Shown one piece after another: positions 7,950-14,084 of a stretch of 16,168 nucleotides of DNA; position 1 is the first letter of the stretch, and every line of letters starts with the position of its first letter. This stretch comes from an uncultured Opitutus sp. (GTDB lineage: Bacteria; Verrucomicrobiota; Verrucomicrobiia; Opitutales; Opitutaceae), in NCBI GenBank assembly GCA_966250925.1, contig CBINJL010000008.1, positions 1 to 16,168 on the forward strand. Direction: 5' to 3'. Both the position numbers and the translations under genes were made by a program. Under the pieces are notes generated by a model. That model was not told the DNA's origin and searched no databases. It worked only from the letters and a program-made list of their open reading frames with translations.

Positions 7950-9338
7950 ATGGCGGAGCCGGAACTGGCGCAGCGGATTGAGGCGCTGCGGGCTGAAATC
8001 GCCCGGCACGACGAACTCTATTTTCAGCAGGCGGCGCCGGAGATTTCCGATTACGAATATGATCTGTTGAAACGCGAGTTGCGCCGGCTGGAGGCGGAAG
8101 CGGGCGCCGCACGGCCGGGCGAAACCGGGATTGGCGATGATCGGGCTGCCGGGACTTCCAGCGCGGCGCCGGCGGGGATCGTCCACGGTCAGCCCATGCT
8201 GAGTCTGGACAAGGCCTACTCGGAGGCGGAGGTCGCGGAGTTTTGGGCGCGAGTAGACGCGGCGGCGGAGCCGGCTGAGCGACCGGTGGAGTTTGTGATC
8301 GAGCCCAAGTTCGACGGCGTGGCGGTCAGCGTGGTGCTGGGGCCGGGCGGCAAACTGGTGCGCGCCGCGACCCGGGGCGACGGCACGACGGGCCGGGATG
8401 TGACGCCGCATGTGGCGCGATTGCGGGATTGGGCTGGAGACGAGGCCGGCGCGACGCAGGCTGCGGATTGGCCGGCCGAAATCGAATTGCGGGGCGAAGT
8501 GGTATTGAGTCGGGCGGAGTTTGGGCGGCTCAATCGCGAACGTGAAGCGGCGGGCGAGGCGCCGTGGCGGCATCCGCGCAGTGTGGCCGCCGGGGCTCTG
8601 TTGCGCGAAGATCCGACCGGCGTGGAGGCGCTCGGCTTGTCACTCGTGTTTCATGGTTGGGGCGCGGCGACGGCGTCGGCCGCCACCACGGCGCCGGCTT
8701 CGGTGACGGCATTTCAAGACTGGCTGGTGGCGGTGGGATTGCCAGGCGTGACGTCAGGCCGGCGGGTTACTGCGGGCGATGCGGCGACGTTGAACGCAGC
8801 GATCGAAACGATGGCGCAGGAGGCGACGGACGGGGCGTTTCCCACCGATGGCTTGGTGATCAAAGTCAACGACCTCGCGCTCCAGCGGCGACTGGGCGAG
8901 GGGCCGACGGCGCCGCGCTGGGCTTTGGCGCGGAAGTTTGCGCCGCCGCGGGCGCAGACGGTGTTGCGTCGGATCGTGTGGCAAGTCGGCCGCACCGGTG
9001 GGCTAACGCCCGTGGCGGAATTCGATCCGGTGGTGGTGGCCGGGGCAATGATCTCGCGGGCCTCGCTGCATCATGCGAGCGAAATTGTGCGGCGCGACCT
9101 GCGGATCGGCGACACGGTCTGGATCGAAAAGGCGGGGGAAATCATCCCGCAGGTGGCGGGCGTGGATCTGGCGCTACGGCCGGCGGAGGCGCCGCGTTAT
9201 GAGTTGCCGGAAAGTTGTCCGATTTGTGCCACGGCGTTGGTTTCGATCGAGGCGGGCAAGGCGTTGGCCTGTCCTCAATTCGCCTGTGCCGGTCAGGTGC
9301 AGCAACGCCTGCTCACCTTTGCCGAGTCACGGGCCTAG
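7950..9338 (+). CDS. ligA: NAD+-dependent DNA ligase LigA, Ia/adenylation/OB/Zn-finger portion, ending at an in-frame TAG
   Basis: MAEPELAQRIEALRAEIARHDELYFQQAAPEISDYEYDLL (domain Ia), EPKFDGVAVS (KxDG adenylation lysine), ELRGEVV, DGLVIKVND, ALARKF, and Zn finger CPICATALVSIEAGKALACPQFAC. I chose ATG 7950 because the track start at 7743 lies in AT-rich noncoding-looking sequence. The stop at 9336-9338 falls at the position of the conserved RxAM/L-DIEGLG junction. Confidence 0.9.
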   Translation: MAEPELAQRIEALRAEIARHDELYFQQAAPEISDYEYDLLKRELRRLEAEAGAARPGETGIGDDRAAGTSSAAPAGIVHGQPMLSLDKAYSEAEVAEFWARVDAAAEPAERPVEFVIEPKFDGVAVSVVLGPGGKLVRAATRGDGTTGRDVTPHVARLRDWAGDEAGATQAADWPAEIELRGEVVLSRAEFGRLNREREAAGEAPWRHPRSVAAGALLREDPTGVEALGLSLVFHGWGAATASAATTAPASVTAFQDWLVAVGLPGVTSGRRVTAGDAATLNAAIETMAQEATDGAFPTDGLVIKVNDLALQRRLGEGPTAPRWALARKFAPPRAQTVLRRIVWQVGRTGGLTPVAEFDPVVVAGAMISRASLHHASEIVRRDLRIGDTVWIEKAGEIIPQVAGVDLALRPAEAPRYELPESCPICATALVSIEAGKALACPQFACAGQVQQRLLTFAESRA

Positions 9339-9374
9339 GGCATCCGCGGACTGGGTTCCGGCCTGGCGGAATCA

Positions 9375-9746
9375 TTGGTTGCGACCGGACTGGTGCGGTC
9401 GCCGGCTGATTTATACGGATTGACCGAAGCGATGCTCGTCGCGTTGCCCGGAATCGGACCGAAACGCGCGGCGCGTTTGCTGACCGTGATCGAGGCGAGC
9501 CGGGCGGTGGAGTTGGAGCGGTGGCTGATCGGCATCGGTTTGCCGGGAGTCGGTCCGGCTGGCGCGCGGCGGCTGGCGGAGTCGTTGACGGGGTTGGACG
9601 ACTTGCTGGACCCGGCGCGGGCGGAAGTGGTGTTGGCCGCGCTCGGTCCGGCCACGGCCGCCGAAGTGCGCGCGGCATTGGCAGACCCGGTTTGGCAAGA
9701 GCTGCTGCGCCGACTCGAAGCCGAGCGACGTCCAGTCACGCGATGA
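9375..9746 (+). CDS. ligA: LigA helix-hairpin-helix domain fragment, same frame as 7950-9338 (continuous from 9339 apart from the TAG)
   Basis: Directly after the TAG the frame reads GIRGLGSGLAESLVATGLVRSPADLYGLTEAMLVALPGIGPKRAARLL...IGIGLPGVGPAGARRLAE. This is the LigA HhH region (consensus IEGLGek..e.L...glv....DLY.L). (9375-7950) is divisible by 3. It ends without a BRCT domain. Confidence 0.85.
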   Translation: MVATGLVRSPADLYGLTEAMLVALPGIGPKRAARLLTVIEASRAVELERWLIGIGLPGVGPAGARRLAESLTGLDDLLDPARAEVVLAALGPATAAEVRAALADPVWQELLRRLEAERRPVTR

Positions 9747-9791
9747 CGAAGACGTGCTTGCGACTCCGAATGCATGAGATAGCCTGCGCAG

Positions 9792-9985
9792 ATGATTTTT
9801 GCCGAAATCAGGTCGCAAATCGACCAACTCCCGCATGATGAGCGGGTCAAGGCATGGCTTACCTCAAGCATTTGCTGCGCGCCGAGAATCCTGACTATCG
9901 GCGTGAACTGGCCCAGCGCCATGTTGACATTGAAGCAGGGAACGGCGTGAGCCTGACCGAGGCTATTTTGCGGGAGAATGGTTAG
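9792..9985 (+). pseudogene. Possible frameshifted small antitoxin-like ORF (addiction-module-component-like), orphan
   Basis: Frame A from ATG 9792 gives MIFAEIRSQIDQLPHDERVKA. Frame B from 9854 gives MAYLKHLLRAENPDYRRELAQRHVDIEAGNGVSLTEAILRENG*. Joined by a 1-nt shift near 9854 this makes about 64 aa with the LPxxER...RRxxEIxxG pattern of small antitoxin components. No toxin ORF follows. Recognition is by pattern only. Confidence 0.3.
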
Positions 9986-10024
9986 TTCTGCCAATAGCCC
10001 AAGAAAAACAGATTATTACACCAA

Positions 10025-10094
10025 GGCCGCTAAGATCGCAAAGATCTGTGATGTGGTGATTTAGCGATCTTTGCGTTCTTTGTGTGAAGTTCAA
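10025..10094 (-). repeat. CGCAAAG-type intergenic repeat with an internal 10-bp inverted repeat
   Basis: cgcaaagatc (10037-10046) and gatctttgcg (10066-10075) are perfect inverted repeats with a 19-nt spacer. The minus strand reads ttgaacttcacacaaagaacgcaaagatcgc, resembling the ...ttaacgcaaagagcgc start of the 3544-3657 element. Confidence 0.5.
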
Positions 10095-10255
10095 AACCAA
10101 AGGGCGATTGGTTGGTTACCTACTGGAGCAACCACGCGATGGCACAAATCCACGTGGTGGATTTGGAGCCAGTTGAGGACTGAGGACTGGCTCGGGCGTG
10201 CTCGTGATCCCGTCAAAATGGAGTCGGACTTTGACAGACGATCGGTTTTCTTCAC

Positions 10256-11374
10256 GTGGTGGACAGCATGGAATGCTCCTCCGCTCCGGTATTTGATACC
10301 ATTGAAGCCGCCCTCGCCGATATCGTGGCGGGCAAGTTGGTGATCGTGACGGATGACGAGGATCGCGAAAACGAGGGCGATCTGATCATGGCCGCGACCA
10401 AGGCCACCCCCGAAACGGTCAATATGATGATTCGTTACGGCAGCGGCATTGTCTGCGTGCCGATGCTCGAACCGCAGCTCACCCGACTCGGCCTCGGACC
10501 GATGGTGGCGCGCAATCGCGAGGTCCACCGCACCGATTTCACCGTGAGCGTTGATGCCCGCGAAAACATCAGCACCGGTATCAGCGCGTCTGACCGGGCG
10601 CGGACCATTCGCCTGCTGGCCGACGAGGCGTCGACCGCCGACGACTTTGTGCAGCCGGGCCACCTGTTTCCCCTGCGCGCCCGCCCGGGCGGCGTGTTGG
10701 AGCGCGCGGGACACACCGAGGCGGCGATCGATCTGGCGGTGTTGGCGGGATTGCCGCCCAGCGGGGTGCTGTGCGAATTGGTCAACGACGACGGCACCGT
10801 GCAACGGTTGCCCGACCTGATTAAGTTCAAAGAGAAGTTCGGCCTGCGCATGATCTCGATCGCGCAGTTGATCGAGCACCGGTTGCGTTTTGATCGTCTG
10901 GTCGATGAGGTCAGCCGCGGGCCGTTTGAGTCGGAATTCGGCACGTTCACCGCGCACGTGTTCCGCAATCGCCTCGACAATCGTCACCACCTGGCGCTCG
11001 TCCACGGCGACATCGGCGCCGGACCGGCGCTCGTGCGGGTGCACAGCCACAACCTGTTGGCCGATGTGTTCAAAGACGTGCGCTGCGCCGATCACGGCAC
11101 GATTGAGCGCGCCCTGGCTGCGATCAAGGCGCACGGTTCCGGCGTGTTGCTGTGCATGGAACCGGTGGATCGCGCGGCCGCGATGGTGCGCCGCTGCACG
11201 GGCGAAAAAGGTCCGGGCGAGGCAACCCCGATGGACCTTCGCGACTACGGCGTGGGCGCGCAAATCCTTCAGGTTCTCGGCCTGCAACTCATTCGCCTGC
11301 TGACCAATAATCAGCGTAAGATCGTTGGGCTCGACGGCTACGGTATCGAGATTGAGGATACGGTGGCGTTTTGA
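10256..11374 (+). CDS. ribBA: 3,4-dihydroxy-2-butanone-4-phosphate synthase fused to a degenerate GTP cyclohydrolase II-like domain (RibBA/RibBX type)
   Basis: The N-terminal half is collinear with RibB (VIVTDDEDRENEGDLIMAA, IRYGSGIVCVPM, RPGHLFPLRARPGGVLERAGHTEAAIDL, GVLCELVNDDG). The C-terminal half aligns with RibA (LALVHGDI...VRVHS...LRDYGVGAQIL..LG...IRLLTNN) but lacks key motifs (see finding). Start is GTG 10256 or ATG 10268. Confidence 0.92.
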   Translation: MVDSMECSSAPVFDTIEAALADIVAGKLVIVTDDEDRENEGDLIMAATKATPETVNMMIRYGSGIVCVPMLEPQLTRLGLGPMVARNREVHRTDFTVSVDARENISTGISASDRARTIRLLADEASTADDFVQPGHLFPLRARPGGVLERAGHTEAAIDLAVLAGLPPSGVLCELVNDDGTVQRLPDLIKFKEKFGLRMISIAQLIEHRLRFDRLVDEVSRGPFESEFGTFTAHVFRNRLDNRHHLALVHGDIGAGPALVRVHSHNLLADVFKDVRCADHGTIERALAAIKAHGSGVLLCMEPVDRAAAMVRRCTGEKGPGEATPMDLRDYGVGAQILQVLGLQLIRLLTNNQRKIVGLDGYGIEIEDTVAF

Positions 11375-11436
11375 GCGCCGCAGCGGTCGCGAGGCCGGCG
11401 AATCACTCGGCGAGGAGGTTTTGGCCAAGTGATGAC

Positions 11437-11612
11437 AGCGCGGGCTGAAGCACCGCGCTACGCCACTCCTGTGCCTTGGGAAGGACGAGTTTCACGCCGT
11501 CCGCCGTCCACGTCGCTCCTCCTGTTTGTCACACATTACGTGACAAATGGACGAAACTGGCCGTGCCGTTTGTCATGGGGGCACTCCGTGGCGCGGGGCT
11601 TCAGCCCGCGCT
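11437..11612. repeat. 176-bp element closed by a 26-bp imperfect inverted repeat with a central perfect hairpin (structured RNA or MITE-like element)
   Basis: 11437-11462 agcgcgggctgaagcaccgcgctacg pairs with 11587-11612 cgtggcgcggggcttcagcccgcgct (24/26 Watson-Crick; one further position is a G-U wobble on the plus strand only). Central hairpin is tttgtcac (11525-11532) / gtgacaaa (11540-11547). Inner helices are agtttc/gaaact and gtcca/tggac. Confidence 0.55.
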
Positions 11613-11790
11613 TCCGCGCTGTTTCCTCATTACGCCCCTCGTTCGCGTAACCGTTCTCGTTTTCGACCACCATCCTGTCGGTCCCTGCTCTCCCGAGCAG
11701 GGCTACCTGGGCGCGGTGCGGTAATGGGCGGGAGATCGGTGTCTCGGCTTGGCCGGCTCTGGCATGCCCTCGGCCCGCGCCTGCGATCAT

Positions 11791-12516
11791 TTATTCTTCG
11801 GCCGTGCGCACCATGACTTCGCGGGCGTCGAGGACCAGCCGCATCATGTCGCTGGTCGGCGTGACGGCGGTGTCCTGTTCGCGCAGGCAAAAGGCGACGA
11901 CGGCGTCCTGGCCGGCGGCGGCGCAGGCCAGCCACCAGCGTTCGCGGACGGAAAGATCATCGAGCTGATCGGCGCCGGTGAGCACGGCTGCCAGCACGGT
12001 CTCGTCGCCGGTGACGAGGTAGCTGCCCCATTTGAGATGGAGGGCGCGGGAGGAATCGACGGTGCGTTCATCGAAGGCACGTTGGTGAGCGAGTGCCTGC
12101 TGCAACTGCTCGCGCATGGCGGGGCCGACGATTTCGTCGGCGTAGCGACGGAGATAGGCCTCGCCTTTGGGGTGGCCGGCGATCCAGAGCGCGCTGGCGA
12201 TCAGACGCTGTTCCTGGTCGGGCAGCATGCGGCAATACTGCAGCCAGTCGTCGACATAGTCGGCATGCTGACGAAAGAGGGTGGCGAAGAAGCCCAGGCC
12301 CACGGGAATGTTGCCCGGCACGTTGAAATACTGAGTGCGGCTGAGATCGAAGACCGCCGGGACGAAACGTTCCGGGGCGGGATGACGGTGGTAGTTTTCG
12401 AGCCAATCGCGGCCGGAGAACGGGGAGATATCGCGGGCGGCGGCGAGGGCGGGAAGAGCCAGGGCAAGCCCCAGCGCCGCCCCGCGCCGGATCGCGGCGG
12501 AGAGGAGGGAAATCAT
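11791..12516 (-). CDS. Hypothetical secreted/periplasmic protein (241 aa)
   Basis: Signal-peptide-like N-terminus MISLLSAAIRRGAALGLALALPALAAARD, ATG start, TAA stop, high GC at third positions. I recognise no family. The overlapping plus-strand ORF 11749-12636 has antisense-type G/A/D/H-rich composition. Confidence 0.7.
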   Translation of the reverse strand: MISLLSAAIRRGAALGLALALPALAAARDISPFSGRDWLENYHRHPAPERFVPAVFDLSRTQYFNVPGNIPVGLGFFATLFRQHADYVDDWLQYCRMLPDQEQRLIASALWIAGHPKGEAYLRRYADEIVGPAMREQLQQALAHQRAFDERTVDSSRALHLKWGSYLVTGDETVLAAVLTGADQLDDLSVRERWWLACAAAGQDAVVAFCLREQDTAVTPTSDMMRLVLDAREVMVRTAEE

Positions 12517-12760
12517 GGCGAAAAAGAAAACGTGACTAGCTCACGCCGGCACCGACCCGGAGGCCCGCTCCGACGCGTTAAGGGGGAGTCGCAGTCTGCG
12601 GTGCGGGGCGAAATGCGTCGAGTTCAGCTCGGCTGAAAAGATTTCATCGTCGGTTAGTCTCAAGTTTGACCGTCCGGCGGACTCGAAACGCGGTCAGGTT
12701 CTTGACCTCGGGCGGGCCGCGTGAGTTTGCTCGGGTCTTTCCCTCAGTTCGCCAACCCCG

Positions 12761-14065
12761 ATGCTTCTCAGAATCCCAACCCGGTTTGCTTTCGGCTCCG
12801 CTTGGCGCGAGCGACAGAAACACCGCGGAATCGGGCGGTGGGGACTGGCATTACTCGTGGGAGTGGTTTTCTCCGGGTGTGCGACGCCTCCGCGCAGCGG
12901 TCCGCCGATCGAGCCGGTTTACCCGACCGCGGAAGCGCGGGCGGAGGCGCAGACGGCGGTGCTAGAGCAGGTTTGGGAACTCGTGCAGGACCGGTTTTAT
13001 GCGCAGGATTACAACGGGGCGGATTGGGCCACGGCGCTCGACCGTTATCGATCCGATGCGGCGGCCGCGGTCGATGCGGCGGCGTTGCACGATGTGATCA
13101 ACACCATGCTGGCGGAGTTGGGTGATGCGCACACCTACTCGATGTCGCCGCAGGAAAGCTGGGAGCTGTATGTGGCGGAGCGCGCCTACGTCGGCATCAA
13201 TCTGGAGCGGATCGACGAGCACTGGGTGGTGGCCGAGTTGCGACCGGGCGGGGCGGCGGAGGAAGCGGGCGTGCAACCGGGCTGGGTGGCGATTGCGCGC
13301 GACGGGCAACCACTGCCGGAGGACGGCATCACGTTTCACAACGAAGCCGGCGTCGGCTACACGTGGACCTTTGTCGACGCCGAGAATCAATTGCATGAGA
13401 TCGTGCTGGCGGCGCGGACGCTGGCGGACCGGATGCCGCCGGTGGAGCGCCATTCGAACGAAGGCTGGGTTTACCTGCGATTCGACGAGTTCGAGGCGGA
13501 TTACCACGAGTGGTTGCGCGAGCGGATCGAGGTGCATCGCGATGCGCCCGGCATCGTGCTCGATCTGCGCCAGAATATCGGCGGTGCGGTCTGGTCGCTG
13601 GAGGAAGTGATCAATGATGTCTTCCCCGCGCGGGTGGCCTACGGGACGTTTGTATCGCGGCGCGGTCGCCGGGCGGCGGAAAAATCGGCCCTCTGGGGCG
13701 GGGCGCATTATGCGGGGGCGCTGGTGGTGCTGATCGGTCCGGGCTCGGCCAGCTCGGCGGAGATTTTTGCCCACACCCTGAAGCATTACGAACGGGCTAC
13801 GCTGGTGGGCCGGCCGACGGCGGGCGTGGTGGTGGCCAGTCAAACTTACCGACTGCGCGATGGCGGCGAATTGCAGCTCGGCACCTATGATTTTCAAGGA
13901 CTCGATGGCGACCGTCTCGAAGGCCGAGGCGTCGCACCGGATGTGGTGGTGGAACGCACACTCGACGATCTGCGGGCGGGCCGCGACCCCGATCTGGCGG
14001 TGGCGGTGGAGTGTCTGCGCGCGGCGGTCGCACAGGAAAACGTGCCGTCGTTGAGCCGGCAGTGA
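12761..14065 (+). CDS. S41 family C-terminal processing peptidase, predicted lipoprotein, with PDZ domain
   Basis: Lipobox LLVGVVFSGC; PDZ-like VGINLERIDEHWVVAELRPGGAAEEAGVQPGWVAIARDG; S41 catalytic region IVLDLRQNIGG and GPGSASSAEIFAHTLK...LVGRPTAG. Confidence 0.88.
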   Translation: MLLRIPTRFAFGSAWRERQKHRGIGRWGLALLVGVVFSGCATPPRSGPPIEPVYPTAEARAEAQTAVLEQVWELVQDRFYAQDYNGADWATALDRYRSDAAAAVDAAALHDVINTMLAELGDAHTYSMSPQESWELYVAERAYVGINLERIDEHWVVAELRPGGAAEEAGVQPGWVAIARDGQPLPEDGITFHNEAGVGYTWTFVDAENQLHEIVLAARTLADRMPPVERHSNEGWVYLRFDEFEADYHEWLRERIEVHRDAPGIVLDLRQNIGGAVWSLEEVINDVFPARVAYGTFVSRRGRRAAEKSALWGGAHYAGALVVLIGPGSASSAEIFAHTLKHYERATLVGRPTAGVVVASQTYRLRDGGELQLGTYDFQGLDGDRLEGRGVAPDVVVERTLDDLRAGRDPDLAVAVECLRAAVAQENVPSLSRQ

Positions 14066-14084
14066 CGGCGCGGGATGGTTCGCG

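Noticed and set aside
9336-9338. Idea that TAG is genetically reassigned in this organism
   Set aside because: galK ends in TAG at the expected C-terminal position (readthrough would add only 6 residues before a TGA), and I see no other evidence in the window. It is kept only as a low-probability alternative under the ligA finding.
10091-11428. 445-aa minus-strand ORF, the longest in this region
   Set aside because: It lies entirely antisense to ribBA, which has unmistakable RibB/RibA homology. Its product is Arg/Ala/His/Gly-rich with no recognisable motifs, a typical high-GC shadow ORF.
11429-11816. Several 70-90 aa ORFs on both strands in the ribBA-downstream gap
   Set aside because: They overlap one another and the long inverted-repeat structure, and show no coding-like composition or motifs. 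They are better explained as noncoding structured DNA/RNA.
11749-12636. 295-aa plus-strand ORF
   Set aside because: It is antisense to the signal-peptide-bearing 241-aa minus ORF and runs through the divergent promoter region. It has shadow-type composition.
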